Shown here piece after piece: positions 37,784 to 50,800 of a DNA stretch of 64,000 nucleotides. The first letter of the stretch is position 1. The number at the start of each line of letters is the position of its first letter. This DNA comes from Amphiscolops sp. MND2022 (Eukaryota): contig OZ076409.1 in NCBI GenBank assembly GCA_964187785.1, positions 58,654,001 through 58,718,000 of the forward strand. Direction: 5' to 3'. The translations under genes and the position numbers were made by a program. The notes beneath the pieces were generated by a model, which was given only the letters and a program-made list of their open reading frames with translations, did no database searches and had not been told where the DNA came from.

Positions 37784-40700
37784 TTACAGTTTCGAGGATG
37801 TTATAAAAAGTCTATAATCTAATTTGGGTTGATGTTGTAGTTTATAAGTAGTTTTCGTAGTTCGGTCAATTAGAGGAGGAAACGAATCTGTTTGATTATG
37901 AGAAGGGTGTCTTGATCTGTCACTAGGGCTATTAGTGTGAGGTGTATTAATTATGTTCATGTATAAAGAGTTGTCATTGGTTGGGGGAGTTAAAGACTTG
38001 TGATTGGATGTTACAGATGGTGTATCTTCTTGAGGGAAATTTTGATTGGAAGTACTGAATGGTGTCATAAATGTTTACGAAGAATCTTCTGTAGTGGATG
38101 GTGTCATGGATTTTTGAGAGTCTTCATCTGATAAGGATTCGTCTGAATTAAAAGGGGAAGAATCACTGTTTGCATATTTGTTGGGTTGTGGAATTTGGAA
38201 TTGAGTTGTATATGAAAAGCGCATGAAACTACCCAAATGTGGTTCTAATGTAGAAGTGGTTCTTTCGGATAATACGGAACCATATGATTACGGTGAACAT
38301 GTATTGTAGAGCCATCTTGTGCAAGAAGTTCATATGTAACATCTGACAGTCTATCAATAATTTTGTAAGGTCCAATCCGAAGGGGGTTTAGTTTGTAAGA
38401 AAAATGTACATGAATGCAATTTCGTTTTGAAACAAAAGTACCAATAGGGAGTGGTTTACCTTCGTGGTAGGTTTTTGTAATGTAAGCGTGCGAGTTGATT
38501 ATTCCTAAGGTGTTTTCATATACTGTGGAATATATTTGTAACATAGCAGTTTCTACAGCGAGAAACCATTGTGGAATAGGTTTAGAAAGTGTTCTGTAAA
38601 AAAAACGGATTAAGATCTGATTTGTCATAATGTGAGTGTTCTGGAAGTTGAGAGCAATAGCGTGAAATACATATTTTAGAGGTGTCTCTAGTAAGGTTTA
38701 AATCGAAATTAAGGGGTATTCTGGGTCTTGTGTGAAAAACAATTTCATGAGGAGAAACATTGAGTTCTGAAAGTTGTTGAGAATTATGTGCATAAGCGTA
38801 CATATGGACTTGGAATGCCCAATCTTTAGGTGTATCATGTAAGAACATTCGTATATGTGTACCAAGATTTCTGTTCTGTACTTCGACAAGGCCATTTGTC
38901 CAAGGAGAGTAAGCTGTTCTAGGAGAATGACGAACTCCCATAAGTGTACAGAGATGTGCCATTTCCTTGTTTACATATTCTGATCCACGATCAGTAACAA
39001 GATATATGGGTGGTCCAAATTTAATAATCCAATGGTGTAAGAGAGTTTTGATTGCAGTTTTTGCATTATTTGATTTGAAGGGTACTGTAACAACAAAGTG
39101 GCTAAAAGCGTCAATTATGACATGTATATAAGATTTGTTGTGTGAACGAGGAATAATAGGTCCTTTAGTGTCCATTGAAATGCGGTAGTTAAAAGACGGA
39201 GCATGTTCTGAAAATGATTGTGTAGGAGCAGTTTGGATTTTCATATTGAAGTGTTTATTACGTTGACATTCGATACAGTCATGTATGAAAAGTATGAAAA
39301 AGGAAACCCATTTTTCGAGAAAGGGAATGTAGTAATATTGTGAGAATGTATTATATGTAATTTTGATACCAGTATGAGAGTGTTCATGAAGTTTGTTAAA
39401 AACAGTTTCGAACGTTCGAAAACGAAGACATATTCGAATGGTAGCGTGTGCAAAATCTGGAGTAGAAGTTTGATTTAGAACAGTAGAGCTTTTAATATAG
39501 AGGCTAATAAGATTTGTGAAATCATCTATAAAAAGTTGTGAAAATCGTTCGTAACATTCATGTAGAAAAAGAGTGCCAGTGATGAGTGGCGTTAGAGTTT
39601 CAGGTTTTTCAATATTAATGATCCAAGAATAAACAGTTTTAAGAACCGGGTCTTGGGATTGTTGTTGTTGAAGTGTTGTTATGTCTAATGAGTAGTCATC
39701 CGGGAGAAAGAAACCTTGAAAATAGTTTTTGTACTTAAAAAATGATGTATCATAGAAAGGTATAATCTGTGGACAATGTGTATGGGATGGTAAGTTTAAT
39801 TGTACATTTATTGCAGAAACATATTTTTGTGGGGTGTTAGATGTCGACTTGTTGAGAGTAGAGTAGTTTTCTGTTTGTAATGTTGTGTCATGTAAGAAGG
39901 AGGAGTCAGATTTTGGAATTCTTGTATATATATGATCGTCGTCATCACTTGTAATATCAGTATCATTGAGAAAGAGAGATTGTTGATGAAGGGTTTTTAT
40001 TGTTCTTTTTTATAGGTGTTTTGAACTTTGTTTGAAAAGGAGTTACAGATTTAAATAAGAAGGGTTGTAAAGGTTTGACAACAATCTCATTTCCTTTGTC
40101 ATTGATACGAATGGAAAATTGATCTGTACCATAATCGGCAAGGATTGGGTGGGAGTCATGTTTTTGTTGAGGTAAATTTTTTTCGTGTTTAATTAAGTAA
40201 TGTACGGGTGTTATTTTGTAATATTGCGAAATCAATTTGTGACGATAGTTGTTTGTGTTTTAATTGGTTTAGTTGTAATTCAGTTTGTGTAAAAGAGCGA
40301 CTTAACATGTCAGCAACAGAAAGGTTCTTTCCAGGAGTGTGGATTATTTTGAGTTTTGAAATTTTTGTTAATTGCATTTGAGCTCTTTAGAAACGAGAAC
40401 TAAGGTTACCCTTTTTTGTAAAACAATGTAATAGAGGTTTGTGATCAGTAAAAATATGTATTGGATGAGGAGAACCAATGATAAGAAATTCATAAATTTG
40501 AAGAGCTTGTACTAAACCAAGAAGTTCTCTGTCAAGTGTTGAAAGCTTTTGTTCTTGTGGGTTGAGTATACGAGAGGTGTACGATATAACTTTCATTTTG
40601 TTATGTTCATTTAATTGGAACAAGACAGCGCCTAATCCAATAAGTGAAGCATCAACTGTAATGAAAAATGGGTGATTTGTGTTTGGTATTGAAAGTTCTG

Positions 40701-43239
40701 TTTCAGAGGTAAGAGACATTTTGAGTTTTTGAAAAAGACTTTCGTGTTCATCTGTCCATTTCCAAGGAGTGTTTTCATGTAAAAGGTCGTAAAACGGTTT
40801 AAGGTTAATATGTAGTTTTTCAATAAATTTGGTGTAAAGGTTGAGTGCGCCAATGAAACTCATTAGAGCAACTTTGCAAGTTGGAGAAGGGATTATATGA
40901 ATAGCTGCAATTTTCGAATGAATTGGTTTAATTGTATTGTATGTCCAAGAAATTTGACTTTGGGGAGCATGAAAAAAGATTTTTCAGGGGCTAGTTTAGG
41001 ATTATTTTTTGTGCTGATAATGTGTAATTGCTCTATGAGTTGGAACATGTGTTCTTTAGAGTCAGATAAAAGTAATATATCGTCGATATAGACAAGGGCA
41101 AAACCTTGTTCTATAAGAGTTTTAAAGAAGGTAGACATTTGTTGTGTAAAGAAATTTGGAAGTCTATTGAGACCACAAAAACCTCGTATAAAAGCATAGA
41201 GTTTATCTCCTGAGGAGAAACTGGTAAGTTTAATAGTGTCTTCATCAAGGGGTGTATGTGCATAGGCATACATAAGATCAATTGCAGATTTGTACTTTTT
41301 ATTTGCTCGTGCTAATTGTGGAGCGAGAGGTTCAATAGGCCAAGATTCATCAGATTGTTTTGTATTGTAGTTAAGATGTCGAGCATCTAATACACATTTC
41401 ATAGTGTCTCCCTTGGGGATTACAATAAGAGGAATTATATAAGTTGTACCATAAACTGGTTTGTCTTTTGGAGAGGAACCGATTTGTTTATGATGTTATA
41501 TTTTTCTAGTTCTTTGAGAAGTTCATTAAGTTTGTCTCTATAGTGAACAGGGACTTTGGAAGGACGTTGTGTCATAGGTTGAGCAATAACTTTAAGTCTA
41601 ATACGAAAGGGAGTTGAAATTTTACCAACATCGTTCTTATGAGTTGCATAACATGTTTTATATTTGAGTAACATATTGCAAAGGGTAATGTACTCAGTGT
41701 CTGTAAGGTCAGAAAATTGGAAATTGAATTTGTTGATAAATTTCAGATTTTCAGAAGTATATGGTAAAGAAGGAAAAATGCGTTTGTCAGAAGTGTGAGA
41801 AGTAGGTTGGACGTTGCATAAAGGGGAAGTTTGATTTGGCATATCCGAATTTGTCATATAAATTTGATGTAAGGAAAATTGAGGAGGAGGAGTTGTATGA
41901 TCATCATAGTATATAATATAATTGGTTTGTGGAACTGGTTCAGTTATTTCAGGATGGTATGTATGAGTAACATTATGTATTAAAGTGTTAAAATCATTGA
42001 CTTGGAAGAATTTAGGTTTTTCATTTGTATTTGGAACTTCAATATATACAATAGGTCCTGTAGGTAATGTTGCAACATGTTTGGAGGTGTTGTGAATAAT
42101 AGTTGCATAAATGTCTGGTTTGTTAACTGTGAATACTTCAATAAAATTGAAATTTGTACGAAACTTGTTAGCAAACTAGGTGTGTGGTACTGAAGGGAAG
42201 AAGTGGTTTTGTGGTGTAGTTGTAAAATGAAGATTATGATATTTTTTTAATGGAAAGTGTGCAATTTTAGAAGACTTGGGTTTTAGACGTGTTTGAGTTT
42301 TTGAATTAATTCTATAAATGTATGAAAAATATGGGTAGTCTTTAGAAAGGAGTGTTGTGAATATTGCATAATTTGGGTGTGTTTTTGATTGGTATTTGAA
42401 TTCTAGTGTAAACTGTTGTATGCTTATGTTCTGTATATTGTCTTCAAAGAAGGGTGTACCAATGATATTGTATTTGATATCAGCTACTGCAAAAGGTACT
42501 GGAAAGTAACGAGAATTATCGTCAATAGTGGTGATTAAAATTATATTGGCATAATGTAATATAGGAACTTCGGTTTGATTTGCAACAGTTAATGTTTTTG
42601 AAGTGTTATGTGGGCCAATGTCAGAAGTGTGATTTGGTCTAATATCTAAGAGTTTTGTAAGAGTTATGTATGTTGGGTAGTTTAACACAGAGATAGATGC
42701 ACCGCTATCTAAAAGAAAGGCAATTTCCAGTCTGGATGGGTTATCTCTTTGTGTTATACTTGATGGTGTATGAACATATAGAGCATAAAACCAACTTGTA
42801 GGTGTACATCATTTGCCATTGTTGTTGGGCGATACATGTGTACTTCAAATTTTATAGGGTCAGATTGGTCCTGTGGTTGTATCATTTTAACTTTGTTTCT
42901 AGGATTGGAGTGTGAACGGGATTTAGAAAATCTAGATTCTCTTGGCCTAGAAGGTGGTCCGTATGAATTTGTATATTTTGTAAAATTATTGTCTCTGGAA
43001 TAGGAGCGTGATCTATATCTAGGGCGAGAGTTGTGTCTATGAGGAGATCTATATGAAGATCTGTATGGAGAGCGATAAGACCTTGAATCGCGTCTGTAAG
43101 TATCATATCGTGATCTAGAGTATTGTGGAGGGGTAGTACTTTTGTCATAGCTAAATCTATCTCTGGATGTAGAACGGTATCGATTTTGTGAAAAGTTTCT
43201 GTTGTAAGAGTTGTTACGTGAGGTATGCCGCAGCACCAA
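37784..43239 (-). pseudogene. gag tail and pol (PR-RT-RH-IN), copy A
   Basis: ORF fragments 43239-42754 (RS-rich), 42688-42176 (PR), 41402-40893 (RT, YIDD), 40863-40387 (RNase H), 39244-38245 (IN DDE core and GPY). Confidence 0.93.
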
Positions 43240-43403
43240 ACAGTTGATTGAGGTGTGATCAATTATTCAGCACTCTTGTTTGAACTCTTGTTTGAACGGT
43301 ATCGCTTTTGTGAAAAGTTTTTGTTGTAAGAGTTGTTACGTGAGCTATGCCGCAGCACCAAACAGTTGATTGAGGTGTGATCAATTATTCAGCACTCTTG
43401 TTC
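43173..43403. repeat. ~122 bp tandem duplication at the truncated 5' end of the Gypsy-like element
   Basis: aacggtatcg..ttttgtgaaaagttt...gcagcaccaaacagttgattgaggtgtgatcaattattcagcactcttgtt occurs twice, at about 43173 and 43295. Confidence 0.9.
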
Positions 43404-43427
43404 AACTACTTCGACTCTAGGATGTAA

Positions 43428-44171
43428 TGTAACGTCAGGCAAGGGACGTTGCAGAAGTTTTCGAAAATTTCGATCAAAATTCGAAATGTGCGATATCAAA
43501 CAAGCACATTCAAGATGGCCGACCCGGTAGGTACGAAAACCGTAGAGGAAGCAAAATATAAGCAAAACACCACCAGAAGACCCCATCCCCTCCCAGGAAC
43601 GTGAATATCCGACATGCCATCACCCAGAAGACGAGAGAATCAAGAATTGTGCCATCTGACAGCAAAAGGACAGGGTTTCGGCAGAAAAATACCAAATGAG
43701 ACCATTGTGCCCCGAAGATGAGGAATGATGCCAGAGGCCAGACTGATGACCAACCCTGAACTATAATGTTATTGGGGCTTATCCCCGTGCTTTATCACCG
43801 TTTACGGAGTATTTGGATGATGTTTGACCTACTAGGTCTTCATTTTAGTCCTTATTTCCGAAATATAATGTATTTCAGCTAAACACCCTTTTTGGACCTC
43901 GGAAGTATGTAGGAGGTGGCAGGAACGTATGTTAGGAACCTAGGATTCGTTTTCACAGGCTTGTGGAGAGTGTCCGGACTTTGAGAGTGCCGGCACGTCG
44001 CCTCGAAGCTCCAACTAGAGGATCCTCCTTTAAAGAAAGAAAAGTCCCCCTTGGAGACCATTTTGGGAACAAAGACTAGTGTTTAGGGCTGTAGTAAGAC
44101 AACGGTCTCCTGTTTAAGCACCCTAGGCATTGTCGCTCTTCCTAGATGTGCGTTGCTAGCCGGTCGTTACA
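43428..44171. mobile_element. Probable solo LTR of an unrelated element
   Basis: Starts TGTAACGtcagg and ends ccggtCGTTACA (inverted ends), non-coding, more GC-rich than the flanks. Only TAA is repeated on both sides, so the TSD is not convincing. Confidence 0.55.
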
Positions 44172-44644
44172 TAAGGCAGATCGCAGTCTGTGAGAATTTT
44201 TGATAACAACGCTTTTTCATGTTTCTCTGATCCTAGAATGTAGAAAACAATGGCTTTGCTTTTTGCTGAAACAATCCTTTTCTGGATGAAAAAAAAACAA
44301 ATGGCCAAAATAGAATTTCTCAGCGACGTAAGTCTCTTTAGTACTTTGGGGCTTTTCAGTCAATTCATCTAAGCTATCACCCAAACAATTTGGCCAATTG
44401 CAAATTTCTGAGCTGAATTGATTCAAAGTATTGAAAAGACAAGGTATTAATTTCCAATGAAAAAAGACATGATGATCGCACTTCAGCTTTCTCTTGAACC
44501 CGACTAAAGCTATGCGTATCTTGGCAGCGGCAATGACACATTAACTTGAAATCCAACAATTTGTTTGTTTAGCATAAAATCAGATGTTTCCAACGCTAAA
44601 GTAAACCTTAATTAGAGCTGATTCCAGTATTACCTTATAGGTTT

Positions 44645-45968
44645 TTATAACCGGGTTCTAGTGCTTCAAGCAGAAAGCGTTGCATGCAAAAAAATTAATT
44701 CATTGTTCAATAACCAGAAAAATAGATCAGAAAACAACCAGAAACCAAAACATAAAATAAAACAAAATAATACAAACAAAATTGAGAAATTGAATCAAGA
44801 ACAACGGAAAATGAAGATTTGCAATTGGAAAATTGTTTAATTTTCTGAAAAGTTCGGCCATACTGAGCCAATACTGTTGGACACTGAGACTTCCACTTAA
44901 ATAAGAATTTTTAATACGGGTGATTCGATCATTGTATTCTCGGTAAAGTTTCTTTTGAGGAGCAGGGGTTTCTCCTTGGGCATGTCGCAAAATATTCATA
45001 CGACTATTTTTTTCGTTTTCTTGAATATTCTGAATGACTTTCCACACGTTTGGATTTTTTGTGCCAAGTTTTTGTTTCCACAGCATGTTCCAATTTCCGC
45101 AAAAATTGGTTGTTCGGAATGTCACAGATCTGTCAAAAACGTTCCATATCTCTATTTTTGAACGAAGAAGAACTTCGAGTCCTTGTTTTGTGGCAAAATC
45201 TGTCATTTGGGCTCTTGATGTAATAAAAATTGTTTACCATCACTTGTTAGTGCCCATGGCCCCTGAATATTGACCTCGTCAAAAGTTTTTGGATCTTTTT
45301 GATAGAATATTTTGACGATTCCGAAATAAACTTGGTCGAATTTTGTTGTAACTCGGGGGATGAACTTAACTGTTTCAGGAATATTTTCGACTTCCTCATC
45401 GTAAGATTTTCCAATGGGCCGACGGGGTTTTTTGAGATTTTGGCGAGGATATTCTGTCGAAAAATTTGCTCTAAAATTGTCATCTGGGGGTGGATGTGAA
45501 TGGGCGCTCCGATAATTCCTATTTATTTCAGGAATAATCATTTTTTTTAAATACTAAAAGTTGCGAAAACGACGGGGAAATTGTCATAAATGTTGAAAAT
45601 TAAACTTTTGAAATGAGCTCAATTGTCAAATTTTTGATGATTATCCCTAATTGTGTGAGTAGAAATATTCATAGAGCAGCGCGATCCACAATCTTTTGTA
45701 ATGCATCTGTAATATTGAACATCAGCATGATTTTTATTATTTTGCGAACAAAAATCTACCAATCTGCAAGTTAAATAAAGCCACGCGTGTTTGCTTTGAT
45801 GTCAGGATTGTCCATTAAATATGAGAATTAGCACACATTTGATTGACAACTTTCATGAAAATGAGTCCTGAGTTACACTTTCAACTAATTTCAACTAACC
45901 GGATCGCTTGTTGCTTTTCTGCATGCAACGCTTTCTGTTTAGTGAACAGCCACCTTATAACCGGACCC
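44645..45968 (-). mobile_element. Internally deleted Mutator/MULE-like DNA transposon
   Basis: ORF 45541-45203 (HSHPP...PWALTSDGKQFLL) and 45206-44727 (WNVF...RTTNFCGNWN...NPNVWKVI) resemble the N- and C-terminal flanks of animal MULE transposases with the DDE core missing. A perfect 18 bp inverted repeat cagaaagcgttgcatgca lies at 44671-44688 and 45920-45937. Confidence 0.7.
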
Positions 45969-46657
45969 CAATTTGTCCGTTGCGGCGAGCGAACCGAACG
46001 TGGGACAGAATATAATAAAACACAAATCAAATAGTTTTAGGGACGTGAGTTTGTAGCACCTTCAGTCGATTTAGAAGCGCTTCTGTGTCGTTTACTTAAA
46101 GCGGAAAGCCAACTGTTGTTATTGTTCAAGTTAAAGTTAAGTTGAAGAGCCGAACAAGATATGAGTTATGAGCGGTCTCTGTTTCTTTCTTCCTCCCTCC
46201 CTTCCTCCCATTCTCTCTCTCTCTCTCTCTCATATGTATGTAATGGAACGTATGAAGGTTTTTTCAATTTTTTCCCTTCAATTTTTCTTTCAGCGTCTAA
46301 TTGTGCTCAAAAACCTAACGTTGCCCTCTATGCTCGCCAGACAATTGGTGTCTATTGAAACTGTTGCGTAAAAAATATAATCTGATTGAAAAGCATGAGT
46401 CAGTTTTTTTAATGTAGTGAAACAAACAAAAGTTGCTTTGTAAAATTGTTCCCGCAAACTGAGAATTGATGAATGGATTTTCCGAATACTACAAAAAAGT
46501 GTTTTGCTATCTTGAAACCTAATATATACGTTATTGACTGATCCCTTTCAAACTGCATTACGAACGGTATTAACCGAATTTACAGTTTCTTTATGGTGGC
46601 CATAGAGAGGCACCTTATTGTCTTTATTCACCCGCCGAGAAGGTTTCTTCATCCACC

Positions 46658-46866
46658 AAGGTGCCCCCCGAATCCCTGAAGGTGCCCGAAGCCCTGAAGG
46701 CGCCCCTTCGAAGCCCTGAAGGCGCCCCTTGGAAGCCCTGAAGGCGCCCTTTCGAAGCCCTGAAGGTGCCCCCGGAAGCCCCGAAGGTGCCCACCGAAGC
46801 CCAGAAGATGCCCTCAGAAGCCCTGAAGGTGCCCCGCGAAGCCCCGAAAATGCCTCTTGAAGCCCC
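46658..46866 (+). repeat. GC-rich minisatellite, about 10 units of 18-22 bp (aaggcgccccttcgaagccctg)
   Basis: Directly visible tandem units just 3' of the PBS. Confidence 0.92.
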
Positions 46867-47123
46867 AAAACTGGTCGTGAGTAGTCGAGATAAAGGGACT
46901 CGAAAACTTTTAAACTTGGCGCTTCTCTTATAAATCATTTTTTTTTCGAGATAGCAAAGACCCCTTTAGACCTTTGGAAATTTTTTGACTTTGGAAAGCA
47001 AATGAATTGATTGGCGAGTTGCAGTCAGTAGTGAAAAAAAAACTACTATAACAGTAAACATATCTTGTTGAAGGTTTTTCTAGTTCAAAAAAGTGTAAAT
47101 GCATTTTTGTTTTTAAAAAACGC

Positions 47124-47845
47124 ATGGTTTTCATACTAGTAGCTAGTTCTTTGCACCATGCATTGGAGACCTTAAAGCCCGAAGCCAAAGAACAGTTTAA
47201 AGACAAAACCTATACCATCCCGGGCTTAAGTCCTAATCCGAATACAAAAAATCCTAGAAAGATTGTTCAAAATTTACTTTCAAAAGATCTGAAAGATAAA
47301 AAAGACATTGTAATTTGGCATGATGTTTCAAGTAACAGCTTTTCTCGACATGGTAGCAACAATTTCCGTCCACTATCAGTGTCAGTACTGATCGAAATTT
47401 TGAAAAACTTTCAGGACAGACTCAATGCTCTGGTGTATTGCCACCGATATCGTACCGAGGACAATTTTGAACAATTGAAAGTCTTAGAAACCGATCTTGA
47501 CATCAAAGTGTTCAATATTGTCAAAAATTTCTTTTCGCTGAATAAACAGAAGGATATCGAACTTCTGAAAAATTCAAAGCACTACACCAGAGTCCTGAGC
47601 TCGGACTGAAAAAGTTGAATTTCTTGCTTCGGAAAGAAAACAATCTTACTTCAATTACCGAAAAAAGCCGTACTAAGAGGCCCAGTAAGCGTGCTCAAAA
47701 CGCCGCTAAGAAAGCAGCTGCCACTTCCGAGTCTCAGTGGGCCCCCCATTGTTTCCTCCTCGCTGTAGAGACGGTGTCCAGACTTCGTTGTCTGGTTGAA
47801 GTCTCAACAGCTCGTCGTCTGTTTCAGAGTTGTGTCCAGATGTAG
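47124..47845 (+). pseudogene. Extra ORF upstream of BEL gag, SGNH/GDSL-hydrolase-like (one frameshift)
   Basis: ATG 47124 ORF (FILVASSL...TIPGLS...IVIWHDVSSNS) joins the 47570-47845 frame (KFKALHQSPEL...basic tail) by a single-base shift in the A run at 47568-47572. The S, G, N, H block spacing resembles SGNH hydrolases. Confidence 0.5.
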
Positions 47846-50800
47846 TTTTCTGGTTGATACTCTGCAAACTATATTCCTTTCATCTAATCGACTGTCAAGA
47901 TAGAGTCCGGACTTCAATGACCGGTTGAAATTGAGACAGTGGCTTAACTGAAACTGAGTTTTCAATTATAGAATACACCGGGTCCACAAGCATTCCTTCC
48001 GAAAGAGTACCTTTTAGATTTGAGTATCTTTTAGGTTTTTTTAACTTTTAGCTCTCAGTATCTTTTAGGTTTCTGTTTCGGCGTAATTGTTCGGATGATG
48101 TTGTAACAGGTTTACTTGATTTACCGCTCTGAGAAAGGACCCAGTACCTTTAGACTGTGTCCAGACGTAACTGTTTGGTTGATGTCTTGAAGGTTTTGAA
48201 CCATCCCAAAAGAAAAAAAATTATATTAAATCCATGGGGAAGCCCGTGCAAGGAAAGGTGCAAAAGTTGTTCGACAGTCGCGCGAAAGCCGAAACCGACT
48301 TGAATAACTGTAAAAAAACACGTGACAGAAGCAGTGAACAATGCCGACAGACGCGAACGGTTGGTCTCTTCTTGCAAAGAGGCTCTGATAAAAACTTTCG
48401 CCAAGAACGAACAGCTGCTCGAGCTTGCCAAGAAAACCAACGACCCGGCAACTGTCACAGCGGATTCAGAGAAATGGTTGAACGATACCACCGTACAAAA
48501 TGATGAAATTTTGGAAAGTGCAAGGGAATATATCGATCAATGTCCGAAAACCGATAATTCTTCGCAAACTTCAGTCAAAGCTGCCACCGTGAAGACCAAG
48601 TCTAGCAAAGATTCAAGCAGCAAAGTTTCGAAAACCTCAAGTCAGCGACAACGAGTTTTGCTCATTGCCAAACACAGACGAGCAGAAGTTGAAACGCAAA
48701 ACGAAGCTGCTTTACGACTGGCTAAGCAAAAGCAAAGCTGGAACTTGAACAATGCACGAAGAGAACCGCAAACGACTTGCAGAGGCGCATCTAGTTGAAC
48801 TTGAACTTCAAGAAGACCCATCTGAAGCTAACGAAGATGCTCATGAAACTCTTTCGCGGTTGAGCAGAACAACGGACGCCAGCGAAAAAAGACGAGTTAG
48901 CGAATGTGTTAACAACTCGCCAATCGTTGCCACGACTCAACGTGAGACGGTAACAGCGGTGACTGCAAGGCTAACGACTTCGGTCGCAAACACGACTGTT
49001 TCGATTCCATCTCAGCAACTTCCGATGAATGTTTCTGAGCCGACTGTCGTACCAGGTGATCCCAACGAAACAAGCGTGACTTTACAACTACCGAAAACTA
49101 TCGTTCCATCAATGGGTTTGAATCACACCCCTGCGGTAAAAATTCAGACTGCTCAATTGACAGCGTAAAACTTTGGGGATATCGGACTTTCACCATCGGC
49201 TGTCCTAGTACAACAACAAGTTCAACCCGACCCAAACTGGAAGTTTTATTGCGCAAGGTTTACCGCCACAAACGACAGCACGCATGCCCACGTTCACAAT
49301 GCCGGTGAACCACATCCTCCCCAATTTGTCCGCATGGAACTTCCCGAACCCGACCGTTAACATCGCACCAATTTCAACAACAATCCCACCCCCGACACAG
49401 TCGACGGCACCTAACTTCATGGCGTTTGCTCACACGCCAAGCTATGCCGCTCCGACCGTACCCGTTACCGCTGGTGGAACTGTTTATTATGTACCACCAG
49501 CAACTGTTACAACGCCAATTGTGTCCAATAGAGTAACACAACCGACGACTTCTCTTAGTCCAACAGCTGCTACGTTTGTGCCAGCCGGAACGTCAACGAC
49601 CATGCAACCAAGTACAACCGGATTCACGATACAAGATCTTGCTTTGTTGTTAGCTTCAACGAAGAAAGACCATATACCGGCGTGGAAAATAGCACAAAAT
49701 AACGGCGACTCGATTCAATGGCATGAATGTTTCGACCAGATCAAATGTGCTATAGACTCGGCACCACTCACAGACGACGTCAAGTTAACATACCTCAAGA
49801 CTCTTGTAACAGGCAAAACGAAGACGGCTATTGCTGAATTTGCCTACTGCGGAACAATGTATGGAGACGCGCTAAAGACACTGGAACGGAAGTTTGGACA
49901 GCCGCAGGCTGTTGTAACTGCTTATCTGGAAAAGTTGGCAAACTTTCCACCTGTGAAGATGCACAACAGTGAGGGCATCGTCAGTTACTCAGCAACAATC
50001 TGTTCTCTAGTTGGGGTCTAACGCTCTCTAAACTACGTCCAAGACCTGTCGAGCGCATCATTGCTTGGACAAGCCGTTCAAAAGCTTCCTCCAATCATGG
50101 AAGAAGCTTGGTCACTGCACACAGTGAGGCCAACTTTAGACAGCCCGACACTCATTGATTTCAATGACTGGCTCAAAGAGAGAGAGAAAGCCGCAGCGCA
50201 TGAGCGCATGAAGTCTCTGCCGAACAAAGCGAAACCTGAAGAAAGTAATAACGTTACTGTAAGTAAAACCAAGACTGCTTCGAAGGTTTTCGCAGCTACA
50301 ACTTCTAGTCAACAAAGTGTCAGTGCCAAAGGTAAGAGTGACAAACCGCCCAACACTTGCGTCGCCTGTAAAGAAAAGCATCTCTTGTGGAGATGTCCAG
50401 CATTCAGAGGAAAAACACCCACAGAGAGAGCAAAACTTGTAGCTGACAATAAGCTTTGCTTTTCATGCTTCAACCAGAATCAGACGTTTCGCCAGTGCCC
50501 CCAGCCCCGCAAGTGTACGAAAGATGGATGCGGGAGTTCACATAACACTTTCTTGCACAAGGCTGACAGAATTTTCACAAAGAAAGTCACTAATGTGAAC
50601 AAGGACAAAACTGAAACATCTGGTTGTATTGGAACATCAATGAACAACGAAAGATAAGACAAGAGGTCAGACATACCTTCCGTTGTCGATGTTAAAGTCT
50701 TATTACAAGTAACGGAAGTTGAACTTCACGCGAACAGCAAAAGTGAAAAGGTCTTAGCTCTGTGTGATCTGCCTGTAGCCATTCCTGGATCTCAGCAAAT

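Larger units (their letters stand above)
22500..43240 (-). mobile_element. Env-bearing Ty3/Gypsy-type (Metaviridae-like) endogenous element; 5'-truncated, internally duplicated and decayed
   Basis: Order on the minus strand: RS-rich gag tail, PR (LLDSGAS), RT (VYIDDILL), RNase H (ITVDAS...DRELL...FTDHKPL...ADMLSR), IN (HSHTG...CIEC, SMDTKGP, VTDRGSEY, NGLVE, GPY), env, accessory ORFs. The region has a consistent C-poor plus-strand skew. Boundaries are approximate and no LTR pair was found. Confidence 0.9.

Noticed and set aside
42754..43239. Host SR splicing-factor gene (RS-rich ORF)
   Set aside because: It has no RRM and runs directly into the retroelement protease, so it is better read as the basic gag tail.
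43428..44171. Solo LTR as the 5' LTR of the env-bearing element
   Set aside because: No similarity to the 22 kb end, no PBS, and most of gag is missing between them.
46548..46938. Gly/Ala/Arg-repeat ORFs on the minus strand, and a possible CRISPR-like array
   Set aside because: These are translations of a minisatellite. Units are contiguous with no unique spacers, the context is eukaryotic and there are no cas genes.
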